DNA of 64,000 bases from Gemmatimonas sp. (lineage in GTDB: Bacteria; Gemmatimonadota; Gemmatimonadetes; Gemmatimonadales; Gemmatimonadaceae). The notes below the pieces were generated by a model that was given only the letters and a program-made list of their open reading frames with translations, had not been told where the DNA came from and did not search any database. Both the position numbers and the translations under genes were made by a program. Shown piece after piece: positions 16,801 through 27,353 of this stretch (its first letter is position 1; every line of letters starts with the position of its first letter). Location: assembly GCA_965279375.1 (NCBI GenBank), contig OZ257156.1:3104001-3168000 (forward strand). The letters run 5' to 3'.

Positions 16801-18255
16801 TTACGCAGTTGCCCCCGCAAGGCCGCGACGACTCGCCATCACGTGATCGCGATTCACGATCGTATCGCCCAGCTCGCGCGCGTCCTTCTCCGCAAGATCG
16901 CGCAGCCGCTTTGCTGCCGAGATGCGAATGAGCACCGGATACTGCTCCACGATCTCGTCGAGCGCCGCCTTCGCCTCGTCGTCCCACGGCAGCTCTTTGT
17001 GCAAGCGCGACGGCGTGGCGTCGATCTTGTCCATGTCCGTGCCCAAGGGCAGGATATGGAAGAGCATGTCGAAGAGCGCGTTGCACACTTCCTGAATGAG
17101 ATACGTCGCGCCCGAGTAGCCCATGAACGGCGTACCAGTATGGCGACGGATGATCGCGCCCGGGAACGACGCCGGGATGTACATCGAACGCGCGCCCATC
17201 TCTGCCAGATACATGCGCTCGTTGTAGCTGCCGAACATCATCAGCGGCGGATTGGCGCGGATGGCCGCACGTACCGCCTCGTTGTCCGGCTTCACACCCG
17301 GGCGACGCGAGAAGGCGAAGGAGCAGGGCAGCCCCATTTCGGTCTCGAGGAAATTCCGCACACCACGCGCATACGTCTCGTTCGCGACGATCGCGAAGTT
17401 GGCCGTGCCGAAGAAGTCCTGCGTCACACTGCGCCACAGGTCCCACAACGGCTTGATCGTCGTGTGCTTCTCCTTCTCGATGAACGGCTCGGGATCGAGC
17501 CCCAGCATCTCGCCCAACGTGCGCAAGAACTTGGTCGTGCTATGCAGACCGATGGGCGCCTGCAGATACGGCCGATCGAGCGCTTCGCACAGCATGCGCC
17601 CGAACTCTCGATACATGCAGACGTTCACGTCGGCGTCCACGAGGCGCGGCACATTTTCCAAATGGCTGCCGAGCGGGAAGACCATGTTCACTTCGGCACC
17701 GATCCCTTCCACCAGGCGACGGATTTCCGCCAGGTCGCTCGGCGAATTGAAGTAGCCGTAGATCGTGCCGACGATGTTCACGCGTGGCTTGTCGCCCGGC
17801 TGCTTTTCCTTGCGCTTGGGCGCGATCCCCTTCTTGAGGCCGTACTCGGTCCACAGCCAGTACAGCGCGCGCTCCGCCGCCTGCCACTGATCTTCGTCGA
17901 TGGTGCGCGGCAGGAAGCGCTGAATGTTGGTGCCTTCGGGCGTGACACCGCCACCGATCATCTCGGCGATGGAACCAGTGACGACGACAGCCGGCAATTC
18001 GGGATCGAGCGTCTTGTGCGCGCGACGCATCGCGCCTTCGGTGCCGTTACGCCCCAACTCTTCTTCGCCGAGTCCGGTGACGACAATCGGCAGCTCATGC
18101 GGCGGCAGCGCGTCGGTGTAGTGCAGCACCGAGGTCACGGGGAGATTTTCGCACCCCACCGGACCATCGATGACTACCTGCAATCCCTTGATCGCGGTGA
18201 AGACGTACACCGCACCCCAATAGCCACCAGCGCGATCATGATCGAGAACGAGCAT
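16801..18255 (-). CDS. bchZ: Chlorophyllide a reductase subunit Z
   Basis: [36 protein letters not shown]-terminal PCP-red-like domain. Confidence 0.98.
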   Translation of the reverse strand: MLVLDHDRAGGYWGAVYVFTAIKGLQVVIDGPVGCENLPVTSVLHYTDALPPHELPIVVTGLGEEELGRNGTEGAMRRAHKTLDPELPAVVVTGSIAEMIGGGVTPEGTNIQRFLPRTIDEDQWQAAERALYWLWTEYGLKKGIAPKRKEKQPGDKPRVNIVGTIYGYFNSPSDLAEIRRLVEGIGAEVNMVFPLGSHLENVPRLVDADVNVCMYREFGRMLCEALDRPYLQAPIGLHSTTKFLRTLGEMLGLDPEPFIEKEKHTTIKPLWDLWRSVTQDFFGTANFAIVANETYARGVRNFLETEMGLPCSFAFSRRPGVKPDNEAVRAAIRANPPLMMFGSYNERMYLAEMGARSMYIPASFPGAIIRRHTGTPFMGYSGATYLIQEVCNALFDMLFHILPLGTDMDKIDATPSRLHKELPWDDEAKAALDEIVEQYPVLIRISAAKRLRDLAEKDARELGDTIVNRDHVMASRRGLAGATA

Positions 18256-19868
18256 CAGACCATCTCCTCCGCCTTGCGCGCACGCGCGAGCTTGGCGAGG
18301 TGACGCTTGTAGTGATCGCGGAACTCCGGATGATCGACCGGTACCTCTTCCCACACGCCGGCGGCGAAACCGGTGCCGACGCCTTCAAAGAACTCAGTCA
18401 TGGTATCGAAGCGCGCCTTGTTTCCCAGCGCTGCGTTCACCACCGTCGCGAGCGAACCGGCACCGGCCGGGCCCATGAGCGGGCGCGCCGAAATGAGATT
18501 CGTGAAGTAGAGCGACGGAACCGAGAGCTCCTTGGCCTTCTGTACGACCGGCGTGGTGCCGATGGCGAGATCAGGCTTGAACTCGTGCAATGCGGCGAGG
18601 TCCTGCTCGAGCGATGCGCGGAACTGCACGTGGATGCCGCGCGCGGCCAACCACTCGCGATCGACTTCGCTGTACGGCGTACGCGGGCACGCCGTGCCCA
18701 CGTAGCGCACATCGGCGCCGCTCTCCACGAGCAAGCGCGCAACGAGCAGCTCCGAACCTTCATACCCCGACATCGTGATGCGCCCGTTGATCGGCTTGGC
18801 CGAGAGCGCACCCTTGATGGCCGGGAGGAACTTGTTCTTGGCTGCGTCGATCTTGTCGCGTGACACGTTGGCCATCTGCCCGATCGACTCGAGCCACGCT
18901 TCCGTACCATCGTAGCCGACGGGCGCTGAGCCAACGATCGGCCGACCAGCCGCGGTGAATTCGCGATACGACGCCGTGTAGAACGGATGGATCGCGGCCA
19001 CGCCCACGCAATCGAGCGCGGCGTACAGCTCGCGCCACTCACGCGTGGGCACCACCGGACCTGCGGCGAGCCCCAACGGCTCGAGCATCATCGCGATGCC
19101 GACAGGGTCGACGGGGAACATCTCGCCGACAAGCGTCACGGTCGGCTTCTCGCTCTTGCCACCGCGCGGCGCGGCCACCGGACCCTGCTCGGCTTCTGTG
19201 CGCGCATAACGCAGCATTGCACCGGCGAGTACGTCCTTTGCTTCGGCATGCGTGGGCACACCAAACCCGGGCACGTCGATGCCGATGATGCGCACGCCGT
19301 TGATTTCCTTGGGCAACAGCTGCAGCGGCACACCGGACGCCGTCGGCACGCAGAGATTCGTGATCACGATCGCGTCGTACAACGCCGGATCGGCCATCTT
19401 GTAGACGGCGTCGCGAATGTCTTCGAACAGCTGGCCCGTGACGAGCGACTCCGAGTTGAACGGTACGTAGCCGACGGTGCGACGCGCGCCGTAGAAGTGC
19501 GACGTGAAGGTGAGACCGTACACGCAGCACGCCGACCCCGAGAGGATCGTTGCGGTGCGGCGCATGCGCAGTCCCACGCGCAGCGAACCGAACGCGGGGC
19601 ACATGCTCTGTGGCTGGTCGTGCGGCCCCTTGGGGTAGTCGGCCGCATAGCGATCGAGCGTTTCACTCTTGCCCGCCGCCTTCGCGGCCGCCAGCATCTC
19701 GTCCGCACCGGCGTGACAACCAAGTCCGTCGGCCGCCGTCGCTGCGGTGTTGATTGCGCCCGCGTCCACGATCGGCAGCGAGCGGTTGCTCGGCTGATCC
19801 GCGTCGTTCGCGGTCGGCGTGTTGCCAGCGTTGTCGTAAACGACCTCGCCTGTCGCGTTCTTGATCAT
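18255..19868 (-). CDS. bchY: Chlorophyllide a reductase subunit Y
   Basis: [41 protein letters not shown]. Confidence 0.98.
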   Translation of the reverse strand: MIKNATGEVVYDNAGNTPTANDADQPSNRSLPIVDAGAINTAATAADGLGCHAGADEMLAAAKAAGKSETLDRYAADYPKGPHDQPQSMCPAFGSLRVGLRMRRTATILSGSACCVYGLTFTSHFYGARRTVGYVPFNSESLVTGQLFEDIRDAVYKMADPALYDAIVITNLCVPTASGVPLQLLPKEINGVRIIGIDVPGFGVPTHAEAKDVLAGAMLRYARTEAEQGPVAAPRGGKSEKPTVTLVGEMFPVDPVGIAMMLEPLGLAAGPVVPTREWRELYAALDCVGVAAIHPFYTASYREFTAAGRPIVGSAPVGYDGTEAWLESIGQMANVSRDKIDAAKNKFLPAIKGALSAKPINGRITMSGYEGSELLVARLLVESGADVRYVGTACPRTPYSEVDREWLAARGIHVQFRASLEQDLAALHEFKPDLAIGTTPVVQKAKELSVPSLYFTNLISARPLMGPAGAGSLATVVNAALGNKARFDTMTEFFEGVGTGFAAGVWEEVPVDHPEFRDHYKRHLAKLARARKAEEMV

Positions 19869-19881
19869 GACAGTCTCGTGC

Positions 19882-20889
19882 TCAGACGGTGTCGTAGACG
19901 ACTTCGAGCGACGGCTTGGTCACGTCTTCGCGGCCAACGAGGTCGAACATCGTCGCCGGTTCCAGCGTGACGTTGCCACCGACCTGGCTTGCGGCAAAGA
20001 GACCGAGCAGCTGATCCTGCGTGAGCGGCTTGGGGCGTACCGGCGGTGCGTCGGCCACAGCCTGCGCGAGCTCGCCGAACAACGGTCCCCACTGTCCGCC
20101 GGGATATCCGATGATCTCGTAGTTCGCGCTCTTCTTGCGGATGTCGTCGTGCGCGGGGACCTTGGCGAGAATCGGAATGCCGGCGGCGTTGGCAAACGCT
20201 TCGGCCTCACCGGTGCCGTCGTCCTTGTTGATCAGAATGCCGGCCACGCCCACGTTGCCACCCAGCTTGCGGAAGTATTCCACCGCCGAGCAGACGTTGT
20301 TGGCCACGTAGAGCGACTGCAGGTCGTTGGAGCCAACGACGATGACCTTCTGGCACATGTCGCGCGCGATCGGCAAGCCGAAGCCGCCGCACACCACGTC
20401 GCCGAGGAAGTCGAGCAGCACGAAGTCGAAGCCCCACTCGTGGAAGCCCAGCTTCTCGAGAATTTCAAAGCCGTGAATGATGCCGCGTCCGCCGCAGCCA
20501 CGACCGACTTCCGGGCCGCCGAGCTCCATCGCGAACACGCCGTCGCGCTTGAAGCAGACGTCGGAGATGGAGACCTGCTGTCCGGCGAGCTTGAGGCGCG
20601 AGGAGACTTCGATGATGGTCGGGCAGGCGCGTCCACCAAAGAGCAACGACGTGGTGTCGCTCTTGGGATCGCAGCCGATGAGCAGCACCTTCTTGCCCTG
20701 CTGCGCCATCATGTACGAGAGATTCGCGAGCGAGAAGCTCTTGCCGATGCCGCCCTTGCCGTAGATCGCGATGATCTGCGTTTCCTTGGTGACCGGACCG
20801 GTGTGCACCTCGTCGGGCGCGGAGGCCGCTTCGTTGCGGACCGCCGAGTGCAGTTGATGCAGGGCGCCGTTCGAACCGTTGTCGCTCAT
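19882..20889 (-). CDS. bchX: Chlorophyllide a reductase iron protein X
   Basis: YGKGGIGKS, GPEVGRGCGGRG, DFLGDVVCGGF; start overlaps the bchC stop. Confidence 0.98.
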   Translation of the reverse strand: MSDNGSNGALHQLHSAVRNEAASAPDEVHTGPVTKETQIIAIYGKGGIGKSFSLANLSYMMAQQGKKVLLIGCDPKSDTTSLLFGGRACPTIIEVSSRLKLAGQQVSISDVCFKRDGVFAMELGGPEVGRGCGGRGIIHGFEILEKLGFHEWGFDFVLLDFLGDVVCGGFGLPIARDMCQKVIVVGSNDLQSLYVANNVCSAVEYFRKLGGNVGVAGILINKDDGTGEAEAFANAAGIPILAKVPAHDDIRKKSANYEIIGYPGGQWGPLFGELAQAVADAPPVRPKPLTQDQLLGLFAASQVGGNVTLEPATMFDLVGREDVTKPSLEVVYDTV

Positions 20890-21863
20890 ACTGCCGTTCT
20901 CCAGTCGAGGATCATCTTGACGCAGTGGGGATCGCCGAACGCGGTATCGTACGCGTGGGCGGCACGGGCTACAGGTTCGCGGTGCGTGATCAGGCCGTCG
21001 AGTGACAGCGCACCCGAATTGGCCAGCGCCGCGATGGCTTGCAAATCGGATTCCTTCCATTGCGCGGCGATGCGGAATCGCGCCTGACGCATGAAGGCGG
21101 GCGGGAACGTGAAGGAGACGGGCTCGCTATAGAAGCCAGCCAGACACATTTCGCCGCCCGGCGCCATGCGCGCGATCAGCGAGTCGAAAATGCCGTTGGC
21201 TCCACTCACTTCGCACACCGTGCGATAGTCGCGACGAGTGTCCGCGTCGGGATGGATGACGGAGTAGCCCTGCGCGCCATCCATACGCACGGGATTGATT
21301 TCCCACACCGTCGGCGTCTTGCCGCCATACAGCACCACGAGGCGAGCAATGAGTCGCCCGAGTGCACCGTGTCCGACGATCAGTTCGGGGAGCTGCTCCG
21401 GCACGTCGCGCGGCGAAACGCCAGGCGCGGTTAAACAGAGCGCATTGTGCGCCGTGGCGGCGAGCGCGAAGAGCGCGCCTTGCTCGCCAAGCGCAGGATC
21501 GAGCACGACTGTCTTGCTGCCGGGCACCACCACCAGCGACGCCTGTCCACCAAACAGCCCGCGCGCCTCGTTGAAGCCGCGCGATCCGGCGATGTAGACC
21601 AGCTCTCCCACCGTGCGCCCTGACGTCGGGCCCGCTTCGACGATCTCGCCGACCCCTTCGTAGCCGGGAACCAGCGGGTACCCGAGCCCCGGGAAGGGAG
21701 GCATGGTTCCGGTCCAGAGCATGCGCTCGGTTCCCGTGCTGATTCCCGACCACCGCATCGCGACGAGCACGTCGGCGTCGGTTGGTGGAACGAGCGTCAG
21801 ATGCCGGACGGCAAGCTGCTTGGGCTGTTCAAAGACAACGGCGAGTGTTTCCACGGACTCCAC
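20886..21863 (-). CDS. bchC: 3-hydroxyethyl bacteriochlorophyllide a dehydrogenase
   Basis: WSGISTGTE, YPLVPGYE, LALAATA, DGLITH, KMILDW. Confidence 0.97.
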   Translation of the reverse strand: MESVETLAVVFEQPKQLAVRHLTLVPPTDADVLVAMRWSGISTGTERMLWTGTMPPFPGLGYPLVPGYEGVGEIVEAGPTSGRTVGELVYIAGSRGFNEARGLFGGQASLVVVPGSKTVVLDPALGEQGALFALAATAHNALCLTAPGVSPRDVPEQLPELIVGHGALGRLIARLVVLYGGKTPTVWEINPVRMDGAQGYSVIHPDADTRRDYRTVCEVSGANGIFDSLIARMAPGGEMCLAGFYSEPVSFTFPPAFMRQARFRIAAQWKESDLQAIAALANSGALSLDGLITHREPVARAAHAYDTAFGDPHCVKMILDWRTAV

Positions 21864-21944
21864 GCTTTCCCTCGCGAAACTTCGTACGGCCGCACGGTTC
21901 GTCCGCTGCTGCGGAACGGTCCGGCACTGCCTTCTGGCGGGCGG

Positions 21945-21979
21945 TGTAAAGTTGTGTTGACACCACAGGCTGTCAAGAA
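21945..21979. promoter_or_regulatory. PpsR box plus half-site upstream of bchC
   Basis: TGT-AAAGTTGTGTTG-ACA (21945-21962), 8-bp spacer, then TGTCAAGAAT (TTGACA on the minus strand). Confidence 0.75.
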
Positions 21980-22054
21980 TCCCGATCGAGTGAATCGGGA
22001 TGAAGTTTTCGATGCCGTGATGCCTATCAGCGCAGGGCTCGCGCCGACCAGAGA

Positions 22055-23290
22055 TCAGACGTGCGCGACGATCAGTCCGGTCTGGATCGGGAAGCGGGTC
22101 GGGAGCTCTTTGCTCTTCCGGAACCCAGCCTTGCGCAGCATCTCGTGCAGTTCGGCTGGGCGCCGAGCTCTGCCTTTACCCATCGCCATCAGGTAGAAGG
22201 AGAAGTAGGCGTCACCGACGGTTTCGGCACCGGGGGCGCCAGCCAGCGCTTCGGCGATGAGCAGCACGCCGCCCGCCGGGAGTGCGGCGCGGGCGCGGAC
22301 GAGCAGGCGCTGTACGGACTCGTCGTCGTGGTCCAGCAGGACGCGCACGAGCGAGATGACGTCGGCGCCGAGGGGGAGCGCGTCGGCGTGAAAGTTACCG
22401 CCGTCGCATTGCGCCCGATCGCCCATGCCTGCCTGCGAGAGGCGCGCGCGCGCACGCGTGGCGACTGCGGGCAGGTCGAACAGTCGAAGCTGGAGGTTCT
22501 TGTGCCGCTGTCCCACCAACGACAGGAACGCGCCCTCGCCGCCGCCGACATCGAGCAGGCACTGGTGCTTGGAGAGGTCGTACGCGTCGAGCACATCGTG
22601 CGCGACGGGTGGCAGCGTGGCGGCCATGATCTCCGAATAGGCCGCGACGCGCGTGTCGTCGATGGTCTGCGGGCGCGGCGCGTCCGCGTACGACCAGTAG
22701 CGCGACAGCTCCGTGCGGTAGTCGGCACCCTGACGCAGCAGCGACACCGGATCGGTCAGATCCTGATACGCCATCCGATGGTGACGCACCAGTGCGAGCA
22801 CGCCGGTGTTGCCGACGAGGGGTGCGCCGAGCGCGCCGATGGCATAACGGCCGTGGCGACGCTGCATGAGCAGGCGAAGCGACACGGCCGCATTGAGCAG
22901 GCGCTCGGTGCTCGAGCGCGAGAGATTCGTGTGCGCGGCGATCTCATCGACCGTCCGGGCGCCCGCCGCCAGGTACTCGAACAGTTCGAGCTCGACGCAG
23001 GCAAGTAGCGTCTGTGTGTAGACGAACCCCGAGACGATGTCGAACAGCGCCCGAGAACGGCGCATCGTGATGGGGCGCGTCAGCGGAAAGCGGGCGCTCC
23101 ATCGCTGGAAATCGTCGGTGGCAATGAGCGCATTCCATCGATCCCGAATCCGCTCGAACCACGTGGGAGGCGGCACCGTGGCCGCAACGGGCGTCGCCAA
23201 CGGAAGGGAGGCAGCCGGCGTTGCGGCGCGGGAGCGTTCAGGCGCCACCTGGGATGGGGCAGCCGTCAGGGCATGCTCGGGAGGGTTCAC
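22055..23290 (-). CDS. crtF: Hydroxyneurosporene/demethylspheroidene O-methyltransferase
   Basis: FQRW..RFPLTRPI, LFDIVSGFVYTQ, LLDVGGGEG, LVRVLLD, YFSFYLMAMGKGR. GTG start inferred. Confidence 0.92.
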   Translation of the reverse strand: MNPPEHALTAAPSQVAPERSRAATPAASLPLATPVAATVPPPTWFERIRDRWNALIATDDFQRWSARFPLTRPITMRRSRALFDIVSGFVYTQTLLACVELELFEYLAAGARTVDEIAAHTNLSRSSTERLLNAAVSLRLLMQRRHGRYAIGALGAPLVGNTGVLALVRHHRMAYQDLTDPVSLLRQGADYRTELSRYWSYADAPRPQTIDDTRVAAYSEIMAATLPPVAHDVLDAYDLSKHQCLLDVGGGEGAFLSLVGQRHKNLQLRLFDLPAVATRARARLSQAGMGDRAQCDGGNFHADALPLGADVISLVRVLLDHDDESVQRLLVRARAALPAGGVLLIAEALAGAPGAETVGDAYFSFYLMAMGKGRARRPAELHEMLRKAGFRKSKELPTRFPIQTGLIVAHV

Positions 23291-23296
23291 CGGTCG

Positions 23297-23362
23297 AGGA
23301 TACCGGTTGCGCTTTCGAGTGTCAAGAAATGTGTACACTTTGATTGTCAGGCTCTTGCAACG
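23297..23362. promoter_or_regulatory. Sigma70-type crtF promoter overlapped by tandem PpsR boxes (crtF/bchI divergent region)
   Basis: Minus strand TTGACA(23325-23320)-N17-TATCCT(23302-23297). TGT-CAAGAAATGTGT-ACA (23320-23337), 7-bp spacer, then TGT-N12-ACG (23345-23362). Confidence 0.8.
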
Positions 23363-23433
23363 CCCCGCGCCCACTTCTAACGTGGCGCAGGGGAAAGGGC
23401 TGCCCCCAATCGTGTGAACCTCTCCAAAACTGC

Positions 23434-24477
23434 ATGAGACCGGTCTTTCCGTTCAGCGCTATCGTCGGTCAAGACGAGATGAAGCTGGCGCTGCTGCTGG
23501 TGGCCATCGACCCCTCCATTGGTGGGGTCATGGTGTTTGGCGATCGTGGTACGGGCAAATCCACCGCAGTCCGGGCGCTCGCCGGTCTCCTCCCATCTAT
23601 GAAGGTGGTCACCGGGTGCCGCTATGGCTGCGACCCGACGGCCAACGGCGCGCGCTGCGACGATTGCCGCGCCCGACTTTCGGCGGGGGAGAAGATGCAT
23701 TCTCAGTCCGCCCCAGTCCCCGTGGTCGACCTGCCGCTCGGCGCCACCGAAGATCGACTAGTTGGCGCCCTCGACCTCGAGAAAGCGCTGACCACGGGCG
23801 AGAAGGCGTTCGAGCCGGGACTACTGGCCCGCGCCCATCGCGGATTCTTGTACGTGGACGAAGTGAATCTGCTGGAAGATCATCTGGTGGACCTGCTGCT
23901 CGATGCGGCAGCCACCGGTGAAAACGTCGTCGAGCGCGAGGGCGTCAGCGTGCGTCATCCTGCGCGCTTCGTGCTGGTGGGCAGCGGCAATCCTGAAGAA
24001 GGCGAGCTGCGTCCGCAGCTGCTCGACCGCTTCGGCCTCGCGGTCGACGTGCGCACACCAACAGTCATCGCCACGCGCATCGATGTGATCAAGCGGCGCG
24101 ATGCCTTCGATCGTGATCCCGTCACGTTCCTCGCGCACTGGGCGAAGGCCGATACCAAGATCCGCAAGTCGCTCGAGAAGGCGCGGGCACGCGTGGAGAC
24201 GTTGGAAGTCTCCGATGACGTGCTGCAGCGCGCGGCCGAACTGTGCACCCTGCTGGGTACCGATGGCCTGCGCGGTGAACTGACGTTGCTGCGTACGTCG
24301 CGCGCGTTCGCCGCATTCCAGAACGACAGCACGGTGACGCTCGATCATCTGCGCCGCATTGCGCCGATGGCGCTGCGTCATCGCCTGCGCCGCAATGTGC
24401 TCGATGATGCGGGCAGTACGACGCGTGTCGAGCGGGCGATTGCGGAACTGTGGGGCGACGCGCCGGCGACGGCGTAG
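23434..24477 (+). CDS. bchI: Magnesium chelatase subunit I
   Basis: FPFSAIVGQ, GDRGTGKST, LPLGATEDR, LYVDEVNLL, NPEEGELRPQLLDRFG. Confidence 0.98.
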   Translation: MRPVFPFSAIVGQDEMKLALLLVAIDPSIGGVMVFGDRGTGKSTAVRALAGLLPSMKVVTGCRYGCDPTANGARCDDCRARLSAGEKMHSQSAPVPVVDLPLGATEDRLVGALDLEKALTTGEKAFEPGLLARAHRGFLYVDEVNLLEDHLVDLLLDAAATGENVVEREGVSVRHPARFVLVGSGNPEEGELRPQLLDRFGLAVDVRTPTVIATRIDVIKRRDAFDRDPVTFLAHWAKADTKIRKSLEKARARVETLEVSDDVLQRAAELCTLLGTDGLRGELTLLRTSRAFAAFQNDSTVTLDHLRRIAPMALRHRLRRNVLDDAGSTTRVERAIAELWGDAPATA

Positions 24478-26393
24478 TGGCTACCGTCGCGGAGACCAAC
24501 GTGCGCGACTCCACCCAACGCGACACCAACGGGCGCAACGCGGATGTGCGCAAAGCCGTGGCGCGCGAAGAGGGGATGCCGGACGACGACGCGCTGTTGA
24601 CGGCGGCGTTGCTCGCGATTGACGCACGTGGACTCGGCGGCGTGGTACTCGATCATCCGATGCACGAACACGCGCGTGCCTACAGCGATGCGGTGCAACG
24701 ATTCCTGCCGGCGAATGCGCCAACGCGACGCGTACCGATCGGTGTGTCGGCGGACCGATTGATCGGCGGTGTCGACCTCGCCGCAACCTTGAGCAGCGGC
24801 CGCCTCGTGTCCGAGCGCGGCGTGTTGGCGGCAGCCGACGGCGGGGTTGTCGTGTTGCCGATGGTGGAGCGTGCAACCACCGCGGTGCGCACGACGCTTT
24901 CGGAAGTACTCGACAGCGGCGCGCTGCAGGTGGCGCGTGATGGCATCGCCACGCGTCATGACGTGCGCGTGGTTGCCGTGTTGCTCGATGAGTCCGTCGA
25001 AGACGAAGCGGTGCACCCCGCGCTGATCGATCGTGTGGCGTTTCGCGTCGTACTGCGCGACGGCATCGAGCCGGAGGAGGCAACGGCGTGGCTGTCTCGG
25101 GTTCACGACGCGCGCGCTCGGCTTTCGGGTGTCACGGTAGACGATGCGTGGGTGGAAGCAATCTGCGAGACCGCCGAAGCGTTTGGCATCGCGTCCGCGC
25201 GCGCGCCGCTGTTCGCGCTGCGTTGTGCGCGCGCACACGCTGCACTCGCCGGTCGCGTCGCGGTGAGCGAGGCCGACGCGGAAGCCGCGGCACGTCTGGT
25301 ACTGACGCCGCGCGCGACGCGCTTGCCGGCCGAGCCGCCTCCGCCGCCACCCGAGCAAGAGCCGCCTCCGCCAGACGCGTCGAACGCGCCGGACGAGCCG
25401 CCTCCACCGCCGGAGCAGAACATGGAGCCGCCTCCCCCGGACTCCAACGACGATGCGCCCGACGAACCGCAGAACGACGACGCCGATCAGCCGTTGCCAA
25501 GTGAGGCCGACGTGCTGCGCGCGGCCGTTGAGGCCGCGTTGCCGCCCGGGTTGCTGGAGCAGTTGATGGCGCGTGCAACGTCGGGCACGGTGCAGGGGCG
25601 TGTGGGCGCGGAGGAGCAGAGCATGGTGCGCGGCCGTCCGCGCGGCGCACGTGCCGGGCTGCCGCGCGGTGGAGCACGATTGCATCTGCTGGAGACGCTG
25701 CGTGCCGCCGCGCCGTGGCAGAAGGTGCGTGGGCGGAGCGTCGCGCCGATGTCGCGCGTGTCGATTCGACGTGAGGATTTCCGCATCCGCCGCTTTGTGG
25801 AGCGAACTGGAACGACGGTGATCTTTCTCGTGGATGCGTCAGGTTCGGCGGCGCTGCAGCGACTGTCCGAAGCGAAGGGGGCGATCGAGCTGCTATTGGC
25901 CGAGAGCTACGCGCGACGCGATCGCGTGAGTCTCATCGCATTCCGTGGTAAGGGCACCGAGGTGCTGCTTCCGCCAACCCGCGCACTCGCTCGGGCGAAG
26001 AAGGTTCTCGCGGCGATGCCGGGCGGGGGCGGAACTCCGATCGCGACGGCCATCGACATGGCGGCGCAGCAGGCACTCGCGACGCGCCGTGATGGTAGTT
26101 CGCCGCTGGTGGTGATGCTGAGCGACGGGCGCGGAAACATCGCGCGTGACGGGACGCCCGGACGCCCCGGCGCTGAGAAGGACGCGATGGCGGCGGCAGC
26201 AGCGTTCGCGCAGTTGGGTGTGTTGTCGTTGTTCGTGGATACGTCACCGCGTGGAGAAGCCGTCGCGCGCCGAATCGCCGACGTGATGCGCGCACGCTAC
26301 GTGCTGCTGCCGTACGCCGACGCCAAGGCACTCGGCGGTTTGATCAAGACGGCCAAGCAGATGGCCGAATCGCCGGCGGGGAGCCGTCCATGA
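24477..26393 (+). CDS. bchD: Magnesium chelatase subunit D
   Basis: Degenerate AAA domain, Pro/Glu-rich linker, TLRAAAPWQ, vWA VDASGSAA, ESYARRD. Start uncertain (24477 GTG or 24576 ATG). Confidence 0.95.
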   Translation: MATVAETNVRDSTQRDTNGRNADVRKAVAREEGMPDDDALLTAALLAIDARGLGGVVLDHPMHEHARAYSDAVQRFLPANAPTRRVPIGVSADRLIGGVDLAATLSSGRLVSERGVLAAADGGVVVLPMVERATTAVRTTLSEVLDSGALQVARDGIATRHDVRVVAVLLDESVEDEAVHPALIDRVAFRVVLRDGIEPEEATAWLSRVHDARARLSGVTVDDAWVEAICETAEAFGIASARAPLFALRCARAHAALAGRVAVSEADAEAAARLVLTPRATRLPAEPPPPPPEQEPPPPDASNAPDEPPPPPEQNMEPPPPDSNDDAPDEPQNDDADQPLPSEADVLRAAVEAALPPGLLEQLMARATSGTVQGRVGAEEQSMVRGRPRGARAGLPRGGARLHLLETLRAAAPWQKVRGRSVAPMSRVSIRREDFRIRRFVERTGTTVIFLVDASGSAALQRLSEAKGAIELLLAESYARRDRVSLIAFRGKGTEVLLPPTRALARAKKVLAAMPGGGGTPIATAIDMAAQQALATRRDGSSPLVVMLSDGRGNIARDGTPGRPGAEKDAMAAAAAFAQLGVLSLFVDTSPRGEAVARRIADVMRARYVLLPYADAKALGGLIKTAKQMAESPAGSRP

Positions 26394-27283
26394 GTTCGGT
26401 GGTGGAGGATGTCCCCGTGACGACGCAGATGTCGGTGCGCCGTCGGCTGCTGCCGGCGCTGCTGCGCGCGCGTCATCCGGATACGCTCGACAACGTGGAC
26501 ATCGCGACGCGCGAAACGACGTTGCGTGTGGCGATGCGATCGTTCTTCGTGGTCGTGCTGTTCTGGTGGAGCGCGACGGGGCTGATCTTTGCGCTGGAGC
26601 GCAGTCCGGCAACGCGCGCGCTCGGACTGCTGCTGGCCAGTGTCCTGGCCGTATGGGGTGCCTGGCTGTTGTGGGTGGAGCGCGACCGTGAGAGCGCGAG
26701 CGCGGCGCGGCGTGGCTTTCTCGGCGCGGCGTTTCTGTGGACGTGGGTGCAGGTGTCGTTCTACGGCGGCTGGATCGTCGGTCCGTCGTGGCTGGACATG
26801 CCAGTGCGCGCGGAGCCACCGACATTGCGCCACGCGGTCGATGCCATCAACGCGATGCTCTGGTATCAACTCGCGATGTTGCTCGTGCTCTGGGTCGCGG
26901 GGGTGCTCGTGGCGGGCCGCGCGAATCGTGTCGGGTGGTGGTCGCTGCTGGTCTTCTGGGGCACGCATCAGTTGGCCTGCATCAACATCTATCTCGGTGT
27001 CGAGAATCCGGGGCGTGGGTTCTTCCCCGAGCCTTTGGTCTATCTCGAGTCGTACTTTGGACCGCCGCGCAATTCGTGGCTGATGCCGGTGTCGATCGCA
27101 CTGCTGCTCGCACTTACGCTGCGCATGATCATCCATGCACTGCGCGACGCCACACCGATGCGTCGGCAGTCGATGATGCTGCTGACGGTGCTTGGCACGC
27201 TGGGGGTACTCGAGCTGGCGGTGCTGGCCACGCCGCTCAACCTCACACTCTGGCAGTGGTTCCTCGCCGTGCGCGGCTACTGA
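26390..27283 (+). CDS. puhE: Photosynthetic complex assembly protein PuhE (DUF3623)
   Basis: FWWSATGLI, NIYLGV.N...FFPE.L.YL.SYF, LLTVLG.LE; multiple TMs. Confidence 0.8.
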   Translation: MSSVVEDVPVTTQMSVRRRLLPALLRARHPDTLDNVDIATRETTLRVAMRSFFVVVLFWWSATGLIFALERSPATRALGLLLASVLAVWGAWLLWVERDRESASAARRGFLGAAFLWTWVQVSFYGGWIVGPSWLDMPVRAEPPTLRHAVDAINAMLWYQLAMLLVLWVAGVLVAGRANRVGWWSLLVFWGTHQLACINIYLGVENPGRGFFPEPLVYLESYFGPPRNSWLMPVSIALLLALTLRMIIHALRDATPMRRQSMMLLTVLGTLGVLELAVLATPLNLTLWQWFLAVRGY

Positions 27284-27353
27284 CGGCGACCTCCGCCGCG
27301 ACCCATCCCGTGCTCTCGTGGTACAACCCGCCGAGTCTCCCAGGTATTGCACG

